A DNA stretch of 34,909 nucleotides. Source: Nemertoderma westbladi. Its lineage: Eukaryota; Animalia; Xenacoelomorpha. The notes below the pieces were generated by a model. That model was not told the origin of the DNA, did not search any database, and saw only the letters and a program-made list of their open reading frames with translations. Below, piece after piece: positions 13,628 to 24,655 of this stretch. The stretch is taken from NCBI GenBank assembly GCA_032718475.1, contig JAUCBJ010000474.1, positions 1-34,909 on the forward strand, read 5' to 3'. The translations under genes were made by a program, and so were the position numbers. The number at the start of each line of letters is the position of its first letter. The stretch's first letter is position 1.

Positions 13628-14368
13628 TGTATAAATAATTATTATTATAATTATAAATAAATATTTATATAAAATTACCAATAAATTTTCGACCAAAAAG
13701 TGAAAACCTGGTATACTTTAGGATGAGGGAAATAAAATGTGTAACTTTATTAACTAAAATTTAATTGGAATTATTGGTCAACATGGAACACGGAAATGTA
13801 GATATGAGTCCCTATAATAATAATGAATATATACTATAATTCTCTCTATAATATACTGTCTACTTGTTGTCTATAATACTGGTTACCATGATTACCCATA
13901 AGGTAGGTGAGCCCAATGACTCTGTAATGCAGGTTGCCATGGTTACCCATAAGGTGCGGCTAATGCTTCCATTCACTTTCTCCCAGAGTTGGATTTAATC
14001 CAGAACTTTTTTTTATTCCATGTCGTAGAAAAGCTACGCCGACAGCAGATAACCGACCAAAAAAAACGACTGCCGTCATAAACGTATAAAGAAGCAGGTC
14101 GCATGTGGCAGGTTGTTATAATCAAAACAATAAACGAGGGTCAAAACCGCAGGCTACAGTTCCATTTTTGTTCAAAATAACCGTTGTCGGTTGTCGGTTG
14201 CAGTATCGTTTAGACTCTAATCACTCCAGATAACCAATGGACATAAAATCTTCTCTTATCATTGTAGTAACTACCCGTATTTCAGTGGAGTTCTTTTTTT
14301 TCACCGTCTCCCCTAATCCATCAACCATTTCTAGAAGGTCGGACGGAGCCCTAGCAAATCAAACCTGG

Positions 14369-14438
14369 CCGAATTTTTAAATTTTCAAATTATTTAGTTA
14401 CCATGTAGCTAAATAATTTTGAAAATTTAAAAATCCGG
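14369..14438. repeat. Imperfect ~70-bp palindrome
   Basis: CCGAATTTTTAAATTTTCAAATTATTTAGTTA / TAGCTAAATAATTTTGAAAATTTAAAAATCCGG are near reverse complements around CCATG. Confidence 0.85.
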
Positions 14439-14566
14439 TGAGGCCGGCAGTGAGAAAATATATCGAACTATCTCCATACCAAATTTCGTAGCTTAAATTC
14501 GTAGCTTAAACCAAATTTACGATTGTAATTTGATATTTTTAAATTTTGTATCATTTTGTTTCTTAG

Positions 14567-14771
14567 ATGATTGCGAGGGAGTTTGCAGCAACGGTGGTGA
14601 ATGCCAGTTCGTATCCATGGGAACGCCCATGTGTATCTGTAAGTCTGGTTACCAAGGCGAGACATGTGACGACGAGGTTGCTATCACCGGTTCCGCCTTG
14701 GCTGGTATTGTCGCCGCTATCCTTAGCGGACTCTGTTTACTCGCCGCCATCGTATACTTCATACACGCCCA
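14567..14771 (+). CDS. Exon 7, EGF-like domain plus transmembrane helix
   Basis: tttcttag|...|GTTAGT, phase 1-2. NDCEGVCSNGGECQFVSMGTPMCICKSGYQGETCDDEVAITGS-ALAGIVAAILSGLCLLAAIVYFI-HA. Confidence 0.93.
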
Positions 14772-15095
14772 GTTAGTGGGATAATATATTTTTTATTTAG
14801 ATTTATTTATTTTATTTATTGCCTGAAAAATCGAAACATATTTTTTGATTACAATTAATTATTATAATTATTATTATGTATGTAGTTCAGGGAGAACTCA
14901 AGAAAACAAAAAAATAATTTTTTGTCACTTTTGTCTTCCCGCTCTACATAATAACACCAGTGACGATAGCGCGTCAGTATTTATAAACTGAAATATTAAA
15001 TTCCTGCTCATTTTATTGGACTTGAGTAGCAAAGTTGCTCAATTGCTTTTCTGTTATACATAGTGTACTTATTTGAAATTATTTTACCTTTTTAG

Positions 15096-15441
15096 TATTG
15101 TTTCAAAGAAGGATAAGGAATTGTCGAAATACAAGAAAATTGTTGAATCTAGAGGTCTACGGGGAAGTGGTGCGCCATCTAGTGGAAAAACCCTGGCAAC
15201 ATATCAAGAAGCAACAAAAGGGTCTTCAGCGCCATCTAGAGAAATCACCTCGGCATACAGTAACATGTCATACGATACCACTGGCGATCGACATGGGGTG
15301 TATATCGTGGAAGATAGTGAGGGGGGATCACCGCGGGATGTGGAGAAAGGGAAGTACAAGATGAACGAGCACTACGAGGATGTACATGTACCGAGTAACG
15401 AGTACAAGTCATCGCCTTACACTGGCAGACATTACTTCCAG
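15096..15441 (+). CDS. Exon 8, cytoplasmic tail
   Basis: ttttag|...|GTTAGT, phase 2-0, joins exon 7 in frame. Basic stop-transfer IVSKKDKELSKYKK, then ...AYSNMSY...NEHYEDV...RHYFQ. Confidence 0.88.
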
Positions 15442-18170
15442 GTTAGTAGATTATTGGACATGAATAGGGGGCAGACACTTACATGTTATTAGATTATTGG
15501 ACATGAATTAATAGGGGGCAGACACTTACATGTTACTAGTAGATTAATGGACATGAATAGGGGGCAGACACTTACATGTTATTAGATTATTGGACATGAA
15601 TTAATAGGGGGCAGACACTTACATGTTACTAGTAGATTAATGGACATTAATAGGGGGCAGACACTTTACATGTTATTATATTATTGGACATGAATTAATA
15701 GGGGGCAGACACTTACATGTTAGTAGTAGATTATTGGACATGAATAGGGGGCAGACACTTCTTCCATGTTAGTATTAGATTATTGGACATGAATTAATAG
15801 GGGGCAGACACTTACATGTTATTAGATTATTGGACATGAATTAATAGGGGGCAGACACTTACATGTTACTAGTAGATTAATGGACATTAATAGGGGGCAG
15901 ACACTTTACATGTTATTATATTATTGGACATGAATTAATAGGGGGCAGACACTTACATGTTACTAGTAGATTAATGGACATTAATAGGGGGCAGACACTT
16001 TACATGTTATTATATTATTGGACATGAATTAATAGGGGGCAGACACTTACATGTTAGTAGTAGATTATTGGACATGAATAGGGGGCAGACACTTCTTCCA
16101 TGTTAGTATTAGATTATTGGACATGAATTAATAGGGGGCAGACACTTACATGTTAGTAGTAGATTATTGGACATGAATAGGGGGCAGACTCTTACATGTT
16201 AGTAGTAGATTATTGGACATGAATAGGGGGCAGACACTTACATGTTATTATATTATTGGACATGAATTAATAGGGGGCAGACACTTACATGTTAGTAGTA
16301 GATTATTGGAAATGAATTAATAGGGGGCAGACACTTACATGTTATTAGATTATTGGACATGAATTAATAGGGGGCAGACACTTACATGTTAGTAGTAGAT
16401 TATTGGACATGAATAGGGGGCAGACACTTACATGTTAGTAGTAGATTATTGGACATGAATAGGGGGCAGACACTTACATGTTATTATATTATTGGACATG
16501 AATTAATAGGGGGCAGACACTTACATGTTAGTAGTAGATTATTGGAAATGAATTAATAGGGGGCAGACACTTACATGTTAGAAGTAGATTATTGGACATG
16601 AATAGGGGGCAGACACTTACATGTTATTAGATTATTGGACATGAATTAATAGGGGGCAGACACTTACATGTTAGTAGTAGATTATTGGACATGAATAGTG
16701 GGCAGACACTTACATGTTATTAGATTATTGGACATGAATTAATAGGGGGCAGACACTTACATGTTACTAGTAGATTAATGGACATTAATAGGGGGCAGAC
16801 ACTTTACATGTTATTATATTATTGGACATGAATTAATAGGGGGCAGACACTTACATGTTACTAGTAGATTAATGGACATTAATAGGGGGCAGACACTTTA
16901 CATGTTATTATATTATTGGACATGAATTAATAGGGGGCAGACACTTACATGTTAGTAGTAGATTATTGGACATGGATAGGGGGCAGACACTTCTTCCATG
17001 TTAGTATTAGATTATTGGACATGAATTAATAGGGGGCAGACACTTACATGTTAGTAGTAGATTATTGGACATGAATAGGGGGCAGACTCTTACATGTTAG
17101 TAGTAGATTATTGGACATGAATAGGGGGCAGACACTTACATGTTATTATATTATTGGACATGAATTAATAGGGGGCAGACACTTACATGTTAGTAGTAGA
17201 TTATTGGAAATGAATTAATAGGGGGCAGACACTTCCATGTTAGTAGTAGATTATTGGACATGAATTAATAGGGGGCAGACATTTACATGATAGTAGTAGA
17301 TTATTGGACATGGATAGGGGGCAGACACTTACATGTTAGTAGTAGATTAATGGACATGAATAGGGGGCAGACACTTACATGTTATTAGATTATTGAACAT
17401 GGATAGGGGGCAGACACTTACATGTAGTAGTATATTATTGGACATGGATAGGGGGCAGACACTTACATGTTATTAGATTATTGGACATGAATTAATAGGG
17501 AGCAGACACTTCCATGTTAGTAGTAGATTATTGGACATGAATAGGGGGCAGACACTTCCATGTTAGTAGTAAATTATTGGACATGAATTAATAGGGGGCA
17601 GACACTTACATGTTAGTAGTAGATTAATGGACATTAATAGGGGGCAGACACTTCCATGTTAGTAGTAGATTATTGGACATGAATAGGGGGCAGACACTTC
17701 CATGTTAGTAGTAAATTATTGGACATGAATTAATAGGGGGCAGACACTTACATGTTAGTAGTAGATTAATGGACATTAATAGGGGGCAGACACTTACATG
17801 TTATTAGATTATTGAACATGAATAGGGGGCAGACACTTACATGTTATTATATTATTGGACATGAATTAATAGGGGGCAGACACTTCCATGTTAGTAGTAG
17901 ATTATTGGACATGAATTAATAGGGGGCAGACATTTACATGATAGTAGTAGATTATTGGACATGGATAGTGGGCAGACACTTACATGTTAGTAGTAGATTA
18001 ATGGACATGAATAGGGGGCAGACACTTACATGTTATTAGATTATTGAACATGAATAGGGGGCAGACACTTACATGTTCTTAGATTATTGAACATGAATTG
18101 GGGGCTCAGACACTTATATATATGTTAGTAAATTATTATTGGACATGAATAATAGGGGTAGACCTTACGT
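15442..18170. repeat. ~43-50-bp minisatellite (roughly 55-60 units) filling almost the whole last intron
   Basis: Unit is about GTTAGTAGTAGATTATTGGACATGAA(TTAA)TAGGGGGCAGACACTTACAT, with block-wise duplications of variants. Confidence 0.97.
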
Positions 18171-18251
18171 AGATAAATAATGATAACCAGAACTAAGGAC
18201 TGTGCAATTTAATTATTTTCACTGCGTTTATATTTATTATATGTCTTTTAG

Positions 18252-18266
18252 GATGCGAGTCTGTGA
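18252..18266 (+). CDS. Probable terminal coding exon (DASL-stop)
   Basis: Strong acceptor (gtcttttag) just after the repeat. In phase 0 it gives GAT GCG AGT CTG TGA, followed by AT-rich UTR-like sequence. Confidence 0.6.
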   Translation, partial: DASL

Positions 18267-18919
18267 TGCTTCTTAGTTGATTTGAATCCAGAACGGAAAG
18301 AGTTGAAGCTATTGTTAACGGAACCTCAGCAAAACAGACTAAATAGACTCCGAAGTACCAAAAATACTATAAGTAACTGCTTTACAAATCTTACATTTTA
18401 ATATTCACTACAATTAATTGTCAATTAGGATATCGAGTTTTCGTCCCCATAATATTGTTGGTCCGTTTATGTCACGGACGAAACGTACTATAGACACTAT
18501 ATACAAAGTCACACAATCGTACATGTGTCACTTTTGACTACTTATAATATCATAATTAATATTTAGTAACTGTATTGTCAATTAAGTATGACGTCATTGC
18601 ATTATGGTCCGGGTGATGCTATTTACTAACGTGCTTAGCGAGCGAGAGTGACAATTAAACGGAGTGGTAATGCAATAATTGACTACTAATTGACAATGCC
18701 GTTAATGTGTTGCATATTATATAGAAATATACAACTTATTGCATTCCATCCGAGTAGTTAAAATTAAACAATTAAAAGTAGTGTACTTTTTAAACTACGT
18801 AACGCTATAGTCTTTGTCAATTTCATTAATGCTCGTCAACATTTTAGCTATTATTTAAAAATATTTTTTTTATTCTAGAATCATACTAGCAATTTTTGTG
18901 ACTTAGAAAAACGTTCTAG

Positions 18920-19090
18920 AATAAACAAAATGTGTTGGCTAATATATGCTAAAAATTGATAATTAATTAATTATTGCTAATAATTATTTCATGAGCGGGT
19001 AATCGAATTATAAGCTACATAAATAAAAATACATTACACACAATAGAACATATAGAACGGAATTCGATTAAGTTGTTGAAATGCAATAAA
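18920..19090 (+). promoter_or_regulatory. Candidate polyadenylation signals
   Basis: AATAAA at 18920, 19022 and 19085. Weak evidence in AT-rich DNA. Confidence 0.3.
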
Positions 19091-19705
19091 ATTTTTAATT
19101 TTACGTTAAATTGTTTTTATACGACAAAAAACGACAAATTGTATCAGGTTGTTTATCATATGTGCTGATCTCAAGGCTATCGCCGTGTCCCACCTGCTCA
19201 AACTTTTTTTGTAATTATTATTTTTTTATAATTAATTGTTTTACAAACAATTAATAACAATATAATATTTTGTTTACAGTCTTTTTACCTCATTGTTATT
19301 CATACGATATCTCCAATGGTTGCACATTATGTCTATAGAATTTTAATTTATTAAAGCAATTCATATTTAACCCCTTTTGTTTTTACTGTTCGTTTCGTAC
19401 AAATAACTAACTATATTTATTGTAACTAACTGTAGATCAATATGTTTTTATAATTTTAGCGTATCGGTTGACATTAATAATGTATATATAAATAATTAAT
19501 AAATTATTGACTTCTTTCTAAAAAAAATACGCAATTTTATATTGGAATTCCTTATTATGCGGCTGATTTAATATCTAAATATTAATTTACACAATAAGGT
19601 TGCACTTAATTTTGTCAATTCTGTTTTATGATCCGAGTATGTTACACGAACGAACTTAGTGAGTGAGTATGAATAAATCAACGAGGTTATAACACAATAA
19701 TCCAG

Positions 19706-20102
19706 TACTTTATACTACTCTATAAATACTACCTACTTTATACTACTCTATAAATACTACCTACTTTATACTACTCTATAAATACTACCTACTTTATACT
19801 ACTGTATATAAATACTACCTACTTTATACTACTCTATAAATACTACCTACTTTATACTACTCTATAAATACTACCTACTTTATACTACTCTATAAATACT
19901 ACCTACTTTATACTACTCTATAAATACTACCTACTTTATACTACTGTATAAATACTACCTACTTTATACTACTGCGTAAATACTACCTACTTTATACTAC
20001 TGTATAAATACTACCTACTTTATACTACTGTATAAATACTACCTACTTTATACTACTGCGTAAATACTACCTACTTTATACTACTCTATAAATACTACCT
20101 AC
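19706..20102. repeat. 28-bp minisatellite, about 14 units (array A)
   Basis: Unit TACTTTATACTACT(C/G)TATAAATACTACC. Confidence 0.97.
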
Positions 20103-20118
20103 ACTATTTTTGTACATT

Positions 20119-20395
20119 ATACTACTACTACTACTAGGTCGAGCGAACTCGGACAGTGGAAATGAGATCCTTCCAGGCTTCCCGATTCTCTATAGTTGTC
20201 GCAATTTCGTTTCTCCCAAGTTCAGTATCCCTTTCAAGTTGATCTATATATGTTATGGCCGGTCGCCCACGACTACGCTTTCCATGAGTTGGTTGCCAGA
20301 GAAGTAGATCTGGTATGACCTCGTCTTTACTTCGCCAACAGTGCCCACTGAATCTTAATCTGCGTTCACGGAGGGTGGCTGATACAGGTGATACA
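20119..20395 (-). mobile_element. 3' end of RTE-clade LINE with (TAG)n tail
   Basis: RRLRFSGHCWR...WQPTHGKRSRGRP...NREAW is an RTE-type C-terminus. The stop runs directly into TAGTAGTAG. Confidence 0.88.
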
Positions 20396-20404
20396 GGTTG
20401 ATAC

Positions 20405-20867
20405 GATGATTTAAGCAAGCAAATGTCCAGTGCTGATGTAGGTTGCGTTATTGATGGAACCAGGATTAATCACCTTGGTTACGCTGATGACTTATGTTTA
20501 ATTTCAAACTCTATTTTTGGTTTACAGTACTTAATAGATATATGTGTTACTTACGCAAAAGGTAATTCTATAACTTTCAATATAAAGAAAAGTAAGTGTT
20601 TATATTTGTATCCTAAGGGGTCGACAATTATTTGTCGCCCTAGTGTTTATCTTAACGGCTCTCCTATTGAAGTCGTTGAGAAGTTTAATTATCTTGGCCA
20701 TATTGTACACAGTACTTTAGATGACGACTACGATATCAGGAATCAAACTTGTAAGCTTTATTCTGGGGGTAATTTTTTGATTCGCAAATTCGGTTCATGC
20801 CCTGTCCCCGTTAAAGTTACTTTATTTCGTGCATATTGTACACCGTTATATTGCAATGCTCTTTGGG
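20405..20867 (+). mobile_element. Internal RT fragment of a different non-LTR family, opposite orientation
   Basis: INHLGYADDLCLI...FNIKKSKC...EKFNYLGH...VKVTLFRAYC. No tail and no TSD. Confidence 0.88.
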
Positions 20868-21976
20868 CATGAATTCGGTCTTTGTAGCATTTATATGCAA
20901 TCCAACCTCCTTAGCAGCCCTCTCCACTTTATTTAGTAGAAACTGTGCATCTGCTAGCGTATTAGAGAGCAGGGCGATGTCATCCGCAAAGTCGGTGTCT
21001 GTGACTGTAGTTGCCAGATATCTACTACTTCTGCGTTCTTGAAGTGTGAATCCCAGATCTTCACCCTTTGTGGCCGTCCTCATTGCGTAATCCAGCACAA
21101 TTACAAATAGTAATGGTGCTAATGTGTCACCTTGCAGTACGCCAGCCAGGATTGAGAAAAACTCAGTTTCACCATCTGGTGTGAGTACCTGCGCTTCTGT
21201 GTCACAATATAACAATCCAATGCCAACAACAATTACTTTGGTATTCCATAAGCTCTTAGGATTTCAAGCATTTTACCTCTATGGATGGAGTCGAATGCCT
21301 TCTTGAACTCCACAAAAGTAATGACTGCGGGGAGATTCTTTGACTTAATTCCTTCAATCAGTCTCCGTAGTGCAAGTATCTGAGCTATTGTTGATCTACT
21401 TGGTCGAAATCCGTTTTGGCTCTTACGCAGTAGTTTCTCTATGTGAGGCCTAATCCTATATAGAATCATTTTATTGTATATTTTGGCAGCTACCACAAGC
21501 AGACAGATCCCACGATAGTTTGTTGGTATGCCGAGGTCTCCTTTCTTGGGGAGAGGCTTTAGTTGACCTTTAGTCCAAATTGGTGGTGGCTTTTCCCCTT
21601 TTAACACCCGGTTGCAAACATTCAATAATGGTCTGTTTAGCACTCCGGTTTTCCATACCTCCGCTGGGATTTCATCTAATCCACTCGCTTTATTATTGGA
21701 CATGCTTTTAATGCTTCTTTGGAGTTCGGCAGGTGTGAAGTCCCCTGTTTCTATAGGTAGTGTCTTGTCATATATTTTCCTCGATGTTTGGTGGCTGCCC
21801 AAGCAAGTTGCTGAAGTGATTTTTCCACTTCCGAACAAGTTCTTCAGGACTATCGGCTTTGAGGCGCCCCTTTGCACAACTTTTCCGACCAGATACCTCA
21901 TTTACAGTTTGCCATGTAAGTCTTCTTGATTGTTGCTGTATGTGAGCAGTTGTAATTGCTTCAGTTTTATCCTGTA
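20868..21976 (-). mobile_element. RTE LINE RT region, duplicate copy 1 (frameshifted); continues at 24512-24602
   Basis: KASGLDEIPAE, NYRGICLL, QNGFR, GVLQGDTLAP, DFADDIALL. Matches 33070-34178 at offset 12202. Confidence 0.95.
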
Positions 21977-23242
21977 CGAGAAAGGCATTTCCTAAAGGAA
22001 ATGCAACCACGAAGCTAAGGAAAATTAAACAAACGGCCACACTTTGGTTCGTTGCTTAGCCTCATTAAGTAGCAATTGTCAATAATTAACTTCTATTCTC
22101 ATGGAAACTAGAGTTCTCTGGAACTGTTGCTTTAACCTTTGAAAAAAGTTCAGTAGAGATTGTGATTCAGATAACACATATACTGAGTTTCAGAAAATAT
22201 TGTAGTTTATGTCCCAATTACCAATTTTCTATCAAAATGCATCTGTTTGCAGTGGTTGTCATGGAAACTGGAAAATAGAACAATGTAATTCGGATGCAGA
22301 ATAAGTCATATAGTGGGGGTAGGGGTTAGTCCCAAGTCATAATACTATTAACTTGTGCTTCAAATTATCATTTTATATATTTTAACATCTGTTTAGACTT
22401 GTTGCTATGGTAACTGTATTTTCTAATTAACCTCAAACGGCTTGGATATGGATCTTATAGATGAGTTGCAAAACCCCAAGTTTATATATATTACAGTTTT
22501 GCTACAAATAGAGTTATCAATATAGATTTGAATGATATAGAGTTTAATAAACTACAGTTACCATGGTAACTAAATTTCTGGAATAATTTAAGTTTCACTA
22601 AAAGTTCCAACTAGTGGTCCAGATAACACATACCCAGTTTTGTAAAATTTTATCGTGAAGTCTATGTCCAAATGAATAAGTTTTGAATAAAAACATCTGT
22701 TTTCAGCGGTTGTCATGGTAATTGAAAAATAGAACAATGTAATTCAGATGCAGAATAAGTTATATAGTGGGGGTAGGGGTTGGTCCCAAGTCATAACACC
22801 TTGCCCTTAGGCCTCAAATTAACATTTTATAAATTTTAACATCTGTTTATCCCGGTTGCCAAGGTAACTGGATTTTCTATTTAGCCTCAATCGGATCTGC
22901 TATGGACCTTATAGTTGTGTTGCGAAACCCCAAGTTTATATCTATTATAGTTTTCCTACAAATAGAGTTATAAATATTGACTTGAAATACATAGACTTTT
23001 TTTGAAGTCCGTTGCCATGGAAACCAGATTTTTCCTGGATATGAGACCCGGCCCAAAAGATGCGCCTTGTCGAGTAGTATATACATGCAAAATTTCAGGG
23101 TACTTTTAAAGGCTAGTTTTTTCCCCGACCAAAAAACCCCAAATCTGCCCCATACAAGTAAAATAGCCCACTATGAATAGACCATCTCAGCTAAGGAAAA
23201 TCTTTCTTAGCGAAAGTAGTTGATTTTCCTTAGCTTCGTGTA
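21977..23242 (-). mobile_element. Non-autonomous Helitron-like element copy 1 (CTCG end, 1266 bp)
   Basis: Minus-strand 3' end is hairpin GCATTTCCTTTAGGAAATGC then CTTTCTCG. Empty site at 34178/34179. The 5' terminus reads TACACG instead of TCCACG. Confidence 0.85.
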
Positions 23243-24511
23243 CTAGAAAGGCATTTCCTAAAGGAAATGCAACCACGAAGCTAAGGAAAATTAAACAAAG
23301 GGCCATAATTTGGTTTGTTGCTTAGCCTAGTTTAGTAGCATTTGCCAATAAATAACTTATATTCCCATGGATACTAGAATTCTCTGGAACTGTTGGTTTT
23401 ACCTTTGAAAAAAGATTCAGTCCAGATTGTGGTTCAGATAACACATACCAAGTTTCAGAAAATATTGTAGTTTATGTCCAAATTACCGATTTTCTATCAT
23501 AATGCATCTGTTTGCAGTGGTTGTCATGGAAACTGAAAAATAGAACAATGTAATTCGGATGCAGAATAAGTCATATAATGGGGGTAGGTCTTGGTCCCAA
23601 GTCATAATACTATTAACTTGTGTTTCAAATTATCATTTTAGAAATTTTAACATCTGTTTAGTCTTGTTGCTATGGTAATTGGATTGTGTAATTAACCTCG
23701 AATGGATTGTATATGGACCTTACAGATGACTTGCAAAACCCCAAATTTAAATTTATTACATTATTTTGCTGCAAATAGAGTATTGAATTTAGACTTGAAT
23801 GATATCGACTTTAATAAACTCCAGTTACCATGGTAACAAGATATTTATGGAATGTTTTAGGTTTTACTAAAAGTTTCAACTAGTGGTCCAGATAACACAT
23901 ATCCAATTTCGTAAAATTTTATCGCGAAGTCTATGTCCAAATGAGTTATTTTTGTATAAAAACATCTGTTTTCAGCGGTTGTCATGGTAACTGCAAAATT
24001 AAACAATGAAATTCGGACGCAGAATAAGTCATATAGTGGGGGTAGGGGTTGGTCCCAAGACATAACACATTAACCTTAGGCTTCAAATTAACATTTTATA
24101 AATTTTAACATCTGTTTAGCCCGGTTGCCAAGGTAACTGGAATTTCTATTTAACCTCAATCGGCTCTGCTATGGACCTTATAGTTGAGTTGAGAAATCCC
24201 AAGTTTATATGTATTATAGTTTTCCTACAAATAGAGTTATAAATATTGACTTGAAATACATAGACTTTTTTCTAAGTCCGTTGCCATGGAAACCAGATTT
24301 TTCCTGAATATGAGACCCATCCCACACGACGCGCCTCGATGAGTAGTACATACATGCAAAATTTCAGGGTACTTTTAAAGGCTAGTTTTTTCCCCGACCA
24401 AAAAAAACCAAATCTGCCTCATACAAGTAAAATAGCCCACTATGAATAGACCATCTCAGCTAAGGAAAATCTTTCTTAGCGAAAGTAGTTGATTTTCCTT
24501 AGCTTCGTGGA
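23243..24511 (-). mobile_element. Helitron-like element copy 2 (CTAG end, 1269 bp)
   Basis: 5' TCCACG...hairpin-CTAG 3' on minus strand. Abuts copy 1. No TSD. Confidence 0.85.
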
Positions 24512-24602
24512 TGTACTTTTCGTGGCTGATGTTGTAGGCCAATTTAAGATCGTCCTTAGCTTTCTCAACCTTGTTAATGTTTTCAGTTGTTGGTTGTTGT
24601 TG
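24512..24602 (-). mobile_element. 5'-most remnant of RTE copy 1
   Basis: Identical by eye to 34179-34269. Confidence 0.9.
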
Positions 24603-24655
24603 TATAAATACTACCTACTTTATACTACTCTATAAATACTACCTACTTTATACTA

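Noticed and set aside
15460-18070. CTCF-like TAGGGGGCAG in each 46-mer unit
   Set aside because: Matches only the 3' half of the motif and lacks the conserved upstream CC.
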